From IMG/VR virus record IMGVR_UViG_3300046694_000136, positions 62,001 to 126,000 of that record: a stretch of DNA of 64,000 nt, one strand, 5' to 3'. Below are positions 35,787 through 45,296 of this stretch, one piece after another. The position numbers and the translations under genes are program-made. Numbering within the stretch: position 1 is the first letter of the stretch; every line of letters begins with the position of its first letter. Below the pieces are notes generated by a model that had not been told where the DNA came from, did no database searches, and saw nothing but the letters and a program-made list of their open reading frames with translations.

Positions 35787-37313
35787 ATGCGTACAACAGT
35801 CACGATCAGTAAGGCGTATCATTACTTAAGGATATTTGATTACCACCCGGATTTCGTTAATAACGTTATAAAACCGTTTTGCCGTATGCACATGTACCAG
35901 ATGGGGATGAAGCCTAACGCCCAAACCCGTCAGATGGAACGCGTGCTGGATCACGTATTTGCGAGATCTAACCACGACAAGACAGAGTATCGTTTCTCAG
36001 TTAACTTACTGCAACAGTTCTTGGACTTTGCAGTGTACCGCGGTTACGATCGTTCTCGGATTACAATCATCGACGAACCGATCATTGAACCTGTCAGGGT
36101 AGACTTTACCTTTCAGGAAGGATACGAAACACCACGACCGGGTCAGGTGGAATGGACTGACTACATGTTGAGCGAAGGTTACCTTAAGGTAAACAACGAC
36201 AACACAGGTGGTGGTAAAGGTTACATGTCCATCTATGCGATGGCTAAGCGGGGGATGCGAACTGTCATCACCATGCAGCCGCGCTACATTCCGATCTGGA
36301 AAGGGGAGCTACACAAGTTCCTTAAACTGGATCCTGGTGATTTGCTTGTTTGGGAACACCCATTACCGAAGTTAGTAGAAGCTTTTAATAACGGTACGGT
36401 TAATCCTAAGATTGTTATCTTGCCAATGTCCCGGATCGAACCCTTCTTAAGGAAGAAAGAGATTCCAGACCCTGTAGACCTTGATGATGTATTCAAGGCT
36501 ATCAGGCCGGGGACGCGCATTATTGAAGAAGGGCACGAGGCTATTCACCAAGTGTTCTCCTCTTTGATGTACGGCAACCTGTTGATGACGTATGTACTGT
36601 CAGCAACGTTGAAGTCCGATGATGCGTTTGTTAACCGTGTCTATGAGTGGCTGTTCCCTGTCTCTGAGCGTCTGAGAGAAGCGAACGACCAGAACTACAT
36701 CGATACCGTTGCTCTCTTGTACAAAATCAACCTGCGCAAGCACAAGGTCAAGTATGAGAGGTATGGGGCCTACGATGACAAGGTATTTGAAGAAAGTATC
36801 TTGGCGTCTAAGGAGATGACGGACTTCTTCTTCGAGCTATGGGATAAAGCGTTCCAAGAGTGGTACATACCGTTCAGAGAGGAGGGAACGAAAGCCTTGT
36901 TCTTCTTCTCCCGGAAGCAGATGTGTAAAGAGATGCGCAAACGTTTCCTAAAGAAATATCCAGGATGGGATATGGAGACGTTCTTGGCTAGTGAAGAGAA
37001 GGACAAAGAGAAGTACAAGAAGCATGAAATACTCTTCACGACGCAGGGTAGCTGCGGTACCGGTAAAGATATTCCGGGACTGATCCGTGTATTCTGTAGC
37101 CATACCGTGTTTTCTACACAAACCAACCGTCAGATGATCGGTCGTCTACGCGAAATCTTCAGGATGTTCGGCGGGCTCATTACCCCTATGTTCATCTTTG
37201 GTGTCTGCGTTGACATCGATAAACATCTGTCGTGTATGGATAAACGTAAAACTGCTTTCGCGGCTAAGTCCAAGTCGTTCAAGCGGATGAACCTGGATTG
37301 CGCTCTGGAGTAA
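35787..37313 (+). CDS. SF2 (RAD25/UvsW-like) helicase, phiKZ gp75-like
   Basis: TGGGKG, IIEEGHE, SAT, TGKDIPGL, QMIGRLR. Confidence 0.82.
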   Translation: MRTTVTISKAYHYLRIFDYHPDFVNNVIKPFCRMHMYQMGMKPNAQTRQMERVLDHVFARSNHDKTEYRFSVNLLQQFLDFAVYRGYDRSRITIIDEPIIEPVRVDFTFQEGYETPRPGQVEWTDYMLSEGYLKVNNDNTGGGKGYMSIYAMAKRGMRTVITMQPRYIPIWKGELHKFLKLDPGDLLVWEHPLPKLVEAFNNGTVNPKIVILPMSRIEPFLRKKEIPDPVDLDDVFKAIRPGTRIIEEGHEAIHQVFSSLMYGNLLMTYVLSATLKSDDAFVNRVYEWLFPVSERLREANDQNYIDTVALLYKINLRKHKVKYERYGAYDDKVFEESILASKEMTDFFFELWDKAFQEWYIPFREEGTKALFFFSRKQMCKEMRKRFLKKYPGWDMETFLASEEKDKEKYKKHEILFTTQGSCGTGKDIPGLIRVFCSHTVFSTQTNRQMIGRLREIFRMFGGLITPMFIFGVCVDIDKHLSCMDKRKTAFAAKSKSFKRMNLDCALE

Positions 37314-37349
37314 GTTCAGAGCGTGTCCTTCCTTTTGTGGGTGATCAAC

Positions 37350-37805
37350 ATGCTACCTCACTTAACCAGCCAAACACTGGTACTGTTAAAAACCGGCTGC
37401 AACGGGGTAAATTCAGTCCTCGGTGAAATCGGTGTTATTAAGTGCCTAGAGGATTACCTCAAGTACACCCGAACTGGTAATGCTGTTTGTGCCATTGCGG
37501 GCGAAGAGTTGGTGTGGAAAGATCCGGAGTTCGTTGAAGATTTTGTCGACAGTCATCTCTTTGATAAAGACGGTGTACCGCTGTTGTCGACATGCGGAGA
37601 GGAATTTCACGCTGCATTAAACGATCCAACCAATGCCAAGATCGGTTACGAGATGGAGATCTTTGATTCAGTCGAAGGACTCTTCATCAGCAATCAATCC
37701 GTGTTGGGGGATCTCGCCACTAATTATTGCATCGAGAACTGGGAAGTTGTTCGTCAACTCCCGGGACTAATGGTTCTGTCTGTTAAGGGAGCTAAAGTCA
37801 AATAG
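37350..37805 (+). CDS. Hypothetical protein
   Basis: ORF in the operon after the helicase; ATG 37350 preferred. Confidence 0.68.
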   Translation: MLPHLTSQTLVLLKTGCNGVNSVLGEIGVIKCLEDYLKYTRTGNAVCAIAGEELVWKDPEFVEDFVDSHLFDKDGVPLLSTCGEEFHAALNDPTNAKIGYEMEIFDSVEGLFISNQSVLGDLATNYCIENWEVVRQLPGLMVLSVKGAKVK

Positions 37806-37834
37806 ACAACAATAGGTACGTCACTAACCAGCCG

Positions 37835-38644
37835 GTGTTTCTGGAATACAGAAGCAATATTGAATGGGACTCTGTTATCCAAGAGATTATGGAAGAGATC
37901 CTTGACAATGCATTTCGTTATGGCGATGGATTTGGAGGCTTTAGTCTATTCGGGGGTACTCCTAGTTGGGCTAACCCTGTTTGGATAGAAGACCGAGTTC
38001 GTGGCCTGTTGTTTGACGAAGACGGTTGGCCTCGCCGGAGTGTCGATGATGGTGAGTATTGGGAGTTCCTTAGGGCTCCTAAGACTGTGGTGAATAGGTA
38101 CACCGCAATCATCACCGATATCACGGAGAGACTTATTGTCGACAATGCGCTTCTGCTTAATTCCCTGTATTCACGCTATCTAGTAGAGAGCACAGAATAC
38201 ACCAGAACCGTTCGAAACCACATCATAATCAAGCTCACTGGGTGGGACAAAATGGCTAAGCAATCTTTTGCACCAGTTCCGAAGAACGTGAAATCCGTTA
38301 TCATCAGACTCCCGAGCTCGCCGACGGACAATGTTGACAAACAGTTCATGTTACGACTGCTGGTGGTCGAGCGCATTCGTGCGTACATCGACGTGCTGGA
38401 TTTTAAAGCACTCCAGGAGGAACTCCTCCAAAAACGTATCACCATTCCGGTGTACTACGAAACGGACGAACAAAAGAAAGACTACTTCGAGTCGGAGGCG
38501 ATGGAGATCAGAAGTCTCTACGACCGTATCGAGCTGGATCCTTTGTTCAAAGAAGACTTCATGTCCCTCAAACCCTACCAAGGCCACAAGTGGGACCTCA
38601 AGTCCACCACTGAACACGCCATCCTCCTGTCTATCGAGGTTTAA
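37835..38644 (+). CDS. Hypothetical protein, apparently two modules
   Basis: 269 aa; start uncertain (frame open from 37796). Confidence 0.65.
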   Translation: MFLEYRSNIEWDSVIQEIMEEILDNAFRYGDGFGGFSLFGGTPSWANPVWIEDRVRGLLFDEDGWPRRSVDDGEYWEFLRAPKTVVNRYTAIITDITERLIVDNALLLNSLYSRYLVESTEYTRTVRNHIIIKLTGWDKMAKQSFAPVPKNVKSVIIRLPSSPTDNVDKQFMLRLLVVERIRAYIDVLDFKALQEELLQKRITIPVYYETDEQKKDYFESEAMEIRSLYDRIELDPLFKEDFMSLKPYQGHKWDLKSTTEHAILLSIEV

Positions 38645-38645
38645 T

Positions 38646-39209
38646 GTGGAATTCCTTATTGTCAAGCTGGACCCGGATACTCGTGATGAACTGTATTCGG
38701 ACATCAACCCCAATCTCGTTGACTTCGTTCTGCTGGAAGCCATCACCCTCGCCGGTAAAGAGATGATCAACAACCCTGATGCCATGATCGAAGCCTCAGG
38801 TGATGAAGTCTATCACCTGAACGATCCTGACATCGACATGGAAGACAGTATCCGCGCAATCCTCGACGTGATGGTGGAAACCGACAAACTCGCCGGCGTC
38901 GACACCACTGCTGAAGGTTACGACATCGAAGAGAAGTACCCGTTCATTTCGGACAAACTGGTACTGGCGCTGTCGTCGATCACCTTTGCTAACAAAGTTG
39001 GCGAAGTGATCATGTTCCACAACGTTATCTCTAATCCGAAGTTTGCCCAAGGCGTACACGTCAAAGGCACTCACCTGGGTAACGTCGCTACACTGTCGTT
39101 GACACCACTGGCTGAAGCTGCTCAAGCGGCGGTTGCGGTATCGAAAGCGGTAGAGATGGTCAAAGAGCAACTCATCAATGACCTGAACTCCCACATCAAG
39201 AAAGGCTGA
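38646..39209 (+). CDS. Acidic hypothetical protein
   Basis: GTG 38646 with GAGGT RBS; the longer ORF call is overlap. Confidence 0.72.
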   Translation: MEFLIVKLDPDTRDELYSDINPNLVDFVLLEAITLAGKEMINNPDAMIEASGDEVYHLNDPDIDMEDSIRAILDVMVETDKLAGVDTTAEGYDIEEKYPFISDKLVLALSSITFANKVGEVIMFHNVISNPKFAQGVHVKGTHLGNVATLSLTPLAEAAQAAVAVSKAVEMVKEQLINDLNSHIKKG

Positions 39210-39223
39210 CACCCCCACTTAAT

Positions 39224-39258
39224 ACCCTCCTAGCCCTTGACGGGGCTAGGAGGGGTTA
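39224..39258. terminator. Bidirectional terminator
   Basis: CCCTCCTAGCCC-TTGACG-GGGCTAGGAGGG; same loop as the 2098 hairpin. Confidence 0.82.
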
Positions 39259-39276
39259 GGACCTTTCTTTTTTTTT

Positions 39277-40581
39277 CTATTTCAATGCGATATCAAGGTC
39301 AAGGATTGACGTCTTGCTACCAGCGGTGTGAGCGGCCTTCATACGTTGCAACATCATTCGGGTAGGGATCAACACGATCTCGGAGCTAAGACGTTCTCCG
39401 TAAGCTCCTAGGCCTATCCCGCAGCAGATCTGGCAATACTCACCATCAACCAAGATACAACGGTTGGTAACACGGACTTGAGTAGGCTTACCTACCAGAC
39501 TGTCCACGTTCTCCTTGGTAATCAGGGTAGTTGCTTTGTTGATAGACGCATAAACACCAATCCAGTACTTCTTGTTGGACTTGGCGATCAACACTGTCTC
39601 AGTAGAAGGACTACCGCAATCAGGAGTGGTCATGGAAACCACTGCACGACCGATCAGGCGCAGAGTTTCCTTAACCTGACTACCACCTTCACCTGTTGCC
39701 ATGGAACGGCTGTACGAGCCTGCTACGGCGGTGTTGATGTACGCAGCCAGATGAGTAACGTCCCAGCCTTCATCCAGAGACTGAGTAAGCGCAACCCATC
39801 CATCCCCAGTGTCATTCGGCTCAATACCGAATGCAATGAACATCCGCTTCCGGCTGTTATCGATGAACTTCTTGTTAATGAAGAATTTCTTACTGGGTCC
39901 TTCCAGCATCTTCTTCATGTCCAGTGCTACAACCTGGTCCACGATGGTGGTGAAGACAACCGGGTCATTCAGTTCGTGAGCATGCTCTTTGAAGAGACGA
40001 TCACGAAGCGCAATAACTTCAGGGTCTACTGTCAGGGCATCCAGACCGCCCGGCTTGATGTAGTGGGTCCCCAAGCCTTCGAGGAAGTTACAGTTGTGGG
40101 TGAACATGAGACATTCATCCACAGAGGCTTTGCCCTGAGGGACTGTTTCACCCTGTTTAGGGTTGTCAACCATGATCTCCCGGAAGAGGTCTTCAAAGAA
40201 CCCTTTGGTAAATTCACGGTTAACGTATTCAACAGTACCCTTGAACGGTTCCCAGATCAGGATGATGTTGAAGATGAACAACCCGAAGGTGGTCTTAACC
40301 GGTTTACCTTTCAGGATAGGGTGGAAGTCACCCGGCAGTTCCAGCAACTCATCCATGTAGAAGAGAGGTTCATTGACGTTACCCCCTTCAACCCGAACAG
40401 GCATGCCATCGATAAGGGTCCAGTGATAACCTTTCTCGATATAGACCGCATGAGGTTCCAGTTTGAACAGTTCAGACGAATCAGGGTCTTCGAACTGAAT
40501 AGTGATCAGGGACTGGATACTGCCCTTGCTGTCGTAACCGTCATTGGTAATAAAGTGCTTGAGGTATTCGAGCTTATTCAC
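39277..40581 (-). CDS. Virion RNA polymerase beta' middle subunit (phiKZ gp80-like)
   Basis: SLDEGW, GSYSR...T..GG..VK (bridge helix), DCGS, CQICCG, MKAAH. Confidence 0.85.
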   Translation of the reverse strand: MNKLEYLKHFITNDGYDSKGSIQSLITIQFEDPDSSELFKLEPHAVYIEKGYHWTLIDGMPVRVEGGNVNEPLFYMDELLELPGDFHPILKGKPVKTTFGLFIFNIILIWEPFKGTVEYVNREFTKGFFEDLFREIMVDNPKQGETVPQGKASVDECLMFTHNCNFLEGLGTHYIKPGGLDALTVDPEVIALRDRLFKEHAHELNDPVVFTTIVDQVVALDMKKMLEGPSKKFFINKKFIDNSRKRMFIAFGIEPNDTGDGWVALTQSLDEGWDVTHLAAYINTAVAGSYSRSMATGEGGSQVKETLRLIGRAVVSMTTPDCGSPSTETVLIAKSNKKYWIGVYASINKATTLITKENVDSLVGKPTQVRVTNRCILVDGEYCQICCGIGLGAYGERLSSEIVLIPTRMMLQRMKAAHTAGSKTSILDLDIALK

Positions 40582-41476
40582 TGATGATTACCCCTTCAAT
40601 CATTTCTTCTATTCTGGTGATCGAGGTAATGTCTTCAATCACACTGTACAGATACTGAGAGACCTTCTCTTTCAGCCAATGGTCGTTGATCTCGGAGATA
40701 AGGTAGAAACACAACACTTCCTTGGCGTACGCAAGGTTAGCTTCCACGGTATTAACCGCTAGGAGCTCCTCTAGGTAGTCTTTAAAGAAGTTTAGGTACG
40801 TTGGCATAGTGCCACCAGCCTGACCGTTGTTAATCAAGTGGTCGTACGCCTTAGTGCCTTCCAGAAACGCTTTGTTAGCTATCACCCGGTTAACAATGTT
40901 ATCTGGAGTGTTGGCCATCTCCTCGGGACTGAAGAGAGTATCCTTAATAGCTTTCAACGTTACTTCGGAAATGTCTTCGATCATGCACTCGTATTCCGAC
41001 AGATCCTCATCTTCACCCCATAACTTCTGCATAGCCTGAAGGAGACGATTGACCGGCGGAATGTCCATGCATTCTAAAAGGGACTTCAGTCCGATGAGAT
41101 CTTGATAGTCTTGGAGACTCAAGAAGAAGTCCAGCAGTTTGCTCAACTCCTTGAGCTTGTCCTCACCAACCACGTCTTGATTGAGGGTAACTCCCATTTC
41201 AGTCAGCAGATTAATTGTATTGACTGTCAACATTACAAAGACAGCCTGCTTCTTGACCGGCATGTCCAGGTCAGTGTTAGCAAGCACGTCAGCAATCTGG
41301 CTAGGGAGAACCGAGTTCTCATCCGACAGCATAATTAAATTAAACGCGTTATCCAATATTTTAGCCTGTAGAGGCGGGATAGCACTGCGGAACGTAAACC
41401 ACATCCCACCGACCATAGTGTCGGCGAGGTTACCTTCCTCGTTCAAGTCTACTGATTCTTCGACATCGATAAGCAT
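40574..41476 (-). CDS. Hypothetical helical protein co-transcribed with the vRNAP subunit
   Basis: 300 aa, GAGGG RBS, overlaps the next start. Confidence 0.72.
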   Translation of the reverse strand: MLIDVEESVDLNEEGNLADTMVGGMWFTFRSAIPPLQAKILDNAFNLIMLSDENSVLPSQIADVLANTDLDMPVKKQAVFVMLTVNTINLLTEMGVTLNQDVVGEDKLKELSKLLDFFLSLQDYQDLIGLKSLLECMDIPPVNRLLQAMQKLWGEDEDLSEYECMIEDISEVTLKAIKDTLFSPEEMANTPDNIVNRVIANKAFLEGTKAYDHLINNGQAGGTMPTYLNFFKDYLEELLAVNTVEANLAYAKEVLCFYLISEINDHWLKEKVSQYLYSVIEDITSITRIEEMIEGVIISE

Positions 41477-41505
41477 CGATTAACCCTCTGTTTAATTCAA
41501 GGAAG

Positions 41506-41515
41506 CTATAGCATC
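41506..41515 (-). promoter_or_regulatory. Candidate late promoter (GATGCTATAG)
   Basis: Recurring motif 30 nt upstream of 41476. Confidence 0.45.
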
Positions 41516-42367
41516 ATGGCAACTAAAAAACAAAGCATGAAAGCCAAAAAAGACACTCGCAAGAAGACGAAAGCGAAGGTTCGGGTTAAATCATCGCAGA
41601 GCAGTGTCTTCGGTCAACGTAGCGCCGGTGGCTTCCACGACAAACGCGTCAGCATCTACGACCTGATCAACGACGTCAAAAGCGGCGCCACTCACATCAA
41701 GTCCAAACTGGCCAAAGGCGAGATTCCTGAAGTAGGGATCGATCGTCTGGACTTCCTGAAAGGTATTCAGGAAACCATGGGCCAAGTGATCAAGATGCAC
41801 GGCGGTATCGCGGTGTACATGCTGCTGGCTGAGAACGAAAGCCGCTTCCAGATCACTCCTGAGAACGCCGAGCGTATCGAGGGCTACGAGCGTTCCGTTG
41901 TTCGCTTTGTAGAAAACGTTGATGCCGTGGTTCTGCTGGACCAAGCCAAGAAACTGCCAGAAGATTACATCGAACTGGTTATCGACATGGCCGACGTACT
42001 GCGTGACCTGATGGTTATCCAGCACATTCCTACTTACGAGATGCTCAAGCGTAAGGAACAGGAAATCAACCGCTACATCACCGAACACCTGCCAACCGGT
42101 ATGGACGTCTTCGAATACACCCGTGGTCTCCACGAAGAGCGTATCAAGCAGGTCGGTCCTCTGTACGTGACCACTGAAGGCGTCAGCGCCAAAGAGATCG
42201 CCGACATGGTCCTGATGACTCAGGATCTCATGAACGAGAATGGTGAAGACGTTGTTGTCTCCGTTGACACCAGCAACATCAAGCCGGACGAGCATCCTGA
42301 CGTCGAGCCGGTTAAAGATATCCCGCAAGACCCTATTACCGAACAACGTATCAAGGACGCTCAATAA
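41516..42367 (+). CDS. Hypothetical protein with Lys-rich N-terminus and acidic C-terminus
   Basis: 283 aa, AAGGA RBS. Confidence 0.75.
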   Translation: MATKKQSMKAKKDTRKKTKAKVRVKSSQSSVFGQRSAGGFHDKRVSIYDLINDVKSGATHIKSKLAKGEIPEVGIDRLDFLKGIQETMGQVIKMHGGIAVYMLLAENESRFQITPENAERIEGYERSVVRFVENVDAVVLLDQAKKLPEDYIELVIDMADVLRDLMVIQHIPTYEMLKRKEQEINRYITEHLPTGMDVFEYTRGLHEERIKQVGPLYVTTEGVSAKEIADMVLMTQDLMNENGEDVVVSVDTSNIKPDEHPDVEPVKDIPQDPITEQRIKDAQ

Positions 42368-44082
42368 TGGCTGACGAAAACAAACCGACCGAACCCACGG
42401 AACAGTCCGCTCTGGCCAGCGCTGTAGCAAGCGCCATTCCTCCGGCACCCAAGGTCTTCAGTTACGGCGATACCCACACCCCCGAGAACACCCCACTGAA
42501 GGTTCCGGTAAACTCTCTGCCTGAATCGGTAGGTAAGCTGGAAGACAGCGACGTCACTCGTGGTCAGGGCTTCACCACGGTGTACATCGGTAACAGTAAG
42601 GAAGACTACACTGCTGTTCAGGAACTGGTTTCCATCTGGTTCTCGATCAGCAGCATCCGTAACGCTTCCAAAGGCAACCGTATCAACCAGAGCATGCTCA
42701 ACGCTGCCATGGCTGAATGGAAACAGTACTGTGATGACAACTTCCCGGGCGTTACTTACGACGAGATGGAAGCGCGTGCGGCGGATATGTACCGCTACCT
42801 CCAGAACACGTCGGACCCGATCATGGTCAAGACCCGCATGATGCTGGAAGATGTTTCCAACGTCTACAAGGCCTCTGACACCATCGTGGTGGGTGATATC
42901 ACCGGCATGATCCCGAGTGCTACGGCTAAACCCAACAGCCTGTCTGAAGAGATGGAGCGTGGCGCTTCCCGCGGTAACTCCAGTCCGTACCTGTACTCGG
43001 TAGGTCTGCGTAACAGCTTCTGTAAGTTCCAGTTCTCCCGTGGTCACAAGACCGATGCGGCGATCATGATCAACGAGATCAACGCGACCATTCGTGGTTA
43101 CGTTCGTACCGTCGGCGGTAATTCTCTGGTGTTGTCGACCATTGCCGGTTACCGTGCTGTCTGGAACTGGCTGGTTCCTTATATCACCAGCTCCAGTGTT
43201 GACGGCGTTGCTGACTTCAACGATCTGGCTCGGGTTATCCGTTTCCGTGACATGGAAGTTATCCTGGCTGCGCTGCTGGCGTCCTTCGAAGACGATGAAG
43301 CCAACATGGACCTGCGTTGCTTCAACATGGGCTGTGACTGGAGCTCGTACGAGAAGATCAACCCTGCGCTGCTGGTTCGCGCTCGTCCGGTAGCTCATAC
43401 CGAACAAGAGCTGGCTGTTCTGGGTAACATCTTCAACGGTACTGCCCGCTACAACATCCGTCAGGTTCTGGACTTGATCGACAATGCCACCTACGGCATC
43501 GAAGATAACTACCTGTACAACGAGAAGCAGACCATCCGCTTGACTATGGGTTCGACTTCGTTGGCTGAGGCCTTCGCTGCGCTGGACTACATGGTTACTC
43601 AGGTGGATCCGCAGATCGCCAGTGCACGTAGCACCCTGACCGACCAGGCTGCTCTGGAAGCTCAGATCGGTATCATCCTGAGCGGTGTTGGTGGTTGCGA
43701 GTTCCTGCATTGGGTTAAAGAGTTCGCTCTGCTGCCTGAACCGGGTACCGAAGGCGAGCCGAAGATCTTCAAGCGTCGTGACTCTGACCAGCTCGAGTTC
43801 AACAAAGGCCTGCGTGGCGTGTTGAAGGTAGACCCTTACCTCGACAACCAAGTTACCCGGTTCGCGTACACCGTTGGTCCGTACATGACCAAGACCTTTA
43901 TTGGTCTGCGTAACTGCAAGTGCCCGAAATGTGGCAAGGGTGCTGAAGAAGTGAACGGTCAAGCTCGCAACTTGGGCTACACCCCGATCGATGTGTTCAT
44001 GACTTTTTTTACCCATACCCAGTTCATGTTGGTGCGTCAAGCGGAAGCGAAACAGCGAGTCGAGCTCGCAGCCCGCTCTTAA
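42367..44082 (+). CDS. Conserved Zn-ribbon protein (phiKZ gp77-like), putative tail/baseplate assembly chaperone
   Basis: 571 aa; CFNMGC and CPKC pairs; ends with FF encoded on a T7 slippery run. Confidence 0.6.
   Translation: MADENKPTEPTEQSALASAVASAIPPAPKVFSYGDTHTPENTPLKVPVNSLPESVGKLEDSDVTRGQGFTTVYIGNSKEDYTAVQELVSIWFSISSIRNASKGNRINQSMLNAAMAEWKQYCDDNFPGVTYDEMEARAADMYRYLQNTSDPIMVKTRMMLEDVSNVYKASDTIVVGDITGMIPSATAKPNSLSEEMERGASRGNSSPYLYSVGLRNSFCKFQFSRGHKTDAAIMINEINATIRGYVRTVGGNSLVLSTIAGYRAVWNWLVPYITSSSVDGVADFNDLARVIRFRDMEVILAALLASFEDDEANMDLRCFNMGCDWSSYEKINPALLVRARPVAHTEQELAVLGNIFNGTARYNIRQVLDLIDNATYGIEDNYLYNEKQTIRLTMGSTSLAEAFAALDYMVTQVDPQIASARSTLTDQAALEAQIGIILSGVGGCEFLHWVKEFALLPEPGTEGEPKIFKRRDSDQLEFNKGLRGVLKVDPYLDNQVTRFAYTVGPYMTKTFIGLRNCKCPKCGKGAEEVNGQARNLGYTPIDVFMTFFTHTQFMLVRQAEAKQRVELAARS
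44004..44010 (+). other. Predicted programmed -1 ribosomal frameshift site (T TTT TTT)
   Basis: In-frame X XXY YYZ heptamer; the -1 frame is open 43947-44579. Confidence 0.65.
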
Positions 44083-44579
44083 TCACGGGGCAGGCTTTCC
44101 ATAACGATCAGTACAGGCAAGCGTTCGCTAACTTAGCGGACATCGATCAGTCTATCTTCACGACTGAACAGCTTGCCTTGAACAAAGATCTGTTATACGA
44201 CATGAATATGGGTTATATCGACGTCAAGCGAATTCGACCCGGTCATGGTGCTCTCTATTACGAGGCCGAGAATGAGTACAATCATCCTTGGTCAATGGAA
44301 TACGTGATGGAACAGTATCATTTCCATAAGCTGCACGAGTTCATGACGTTGACGGAATACCTGAACACACCTGCCTTTATGGTTAAGCGAATCCTTAAAG
44401 GCAGTGCTAAAGGCAAAGCTGATCGCGCTAAATGGGATGAGGAGAAAAGGAAGGAAGCTGAGCGGCTCAAGAAGGGTCAGTTCAAGGACACTTCCAATCC
44501 CAACATGCCTATTGAAGATGAGCAACTTGCTGAAGCATGGAAACTTGCCAATACAGAAATGGGAGGCAAGAACCAATAA
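44010..44579 (+). CDS. -1 frame extension of the upstream gene (ORF track 44178..44579)
   Basis: No RBS or convincing start of its own; the frame reaches back across the slippery site. Confidence 0.62.
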   Translation, partial: YPYPVHVGASSGSETASRARSPLLITGQAFHNDQYRQAFANLADIDQSIFTTEQLALNKDLLYDMNMGYIDVKRIRPGHGALYYEAENEYNHPWSMEYVMEQYHFHKLHEFMTLTEYLNTPAFMVKRILKGSAKGKADRAKWDEEKRKEAERLKKGQFKDTSNPNMPIEDEQLAEAWKLANTEMGGKNQ

Positions 44580-44590
44580 GCTTATATCTC

Positions 44591-44620
44591 AGGCCTCCCC
44601 AAAGGGAGGCCTGGGTATTT
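44591..44620 (+). terminator. Probable terminator
   Basis: AGGCCTCCC-AAA-GGGAGGCCT hairpin followed by TATTTT. Confidence 0.65.
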
Positions 44621-44674
44621 TATGGTGTACACCCATGTAGCACTTTATTTTCTATTCAGGAAGGGGCCCCTTTC

Positions 44675-45286
44675 ATGAGCAAACGCGAAGATTACGTTGC
44701 ACCGGTAGTTGAGAAACTATCCGGCGAGCAACTGCCTGCTGTGGAGGTTGTTGAAACCGCCCCAGTAGTTAAAGCGGAGACTGCACGTCTTCCGGGTATT
44801 GTTATCCCCACACAGATCGGTGTTGGTAAGCTGCTGAACGCCAAGGCGACCGCAGTGACCGACATCCTGATCAGCCGTGTTGAAAAGCACCTCGGTCACA
44901 CCATCGGCGAAGTTGGCTTTGTCGATAAAGAAGATCGGGCTAACGAGCAGGGCGGTTTCATCAATACCGTTCTGGGTAGCTTGGAGCTGGACTTCGACAA
45001 GTATGTGGTCTTCACTGACTACCTGCTGACCCAGCTGCGTGAAAACGCTGCCTCGATCAACACGGGTAAACTGCTTCGTCATATGGCCGGCTTGCCCGAG
45101 TCGTACGACAAAGACAAGGTTCGCAAGTACACCACGTACATGTCGTTCCTGACCCGCATTGCGTTGAACTGGAACATCCGCTACAAACTGAACACCCTGA
45201 TCGACGTTAACTTGTTCGTCTCGGGTTTCAGCGAGAAAGGCTCGGAAAACATCACCACTTATTTCAACCAGCTTCAGAACGTTTAA
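44675..45286 (+). CDS. Probable virion structural protein
   Basis: ATG 44675 after AGGAAGG; first gene of a head-protein operon. Confidence 0.65.
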   Translation: MSKREDYVAPVVEKLSGEQLPAVEVVETAPVVKAETARLPGIVIPTQIGVGKLLNAKATAVTDILISRVEKHLGHTIGEVGFVDKEDRANEQGGFINTVLGSLELDFDKYVVFTDYLLTQLRENAASINTGKLLRHMAGLPESYDKDKVRKYTTYMSFLTRIALNWNIRYKLNTLIDVNLFVSGFSEKGSENITTYFNQLQNV

Positions 45287-45296
45287 GGATTCCATC

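Noticed and set aside
38331-38645. N-terminal 105 codons of ORF 38331..39209
   Set aside because: Alternate-frame overlap; RBS supports GTG 38646; no slippery site seen.
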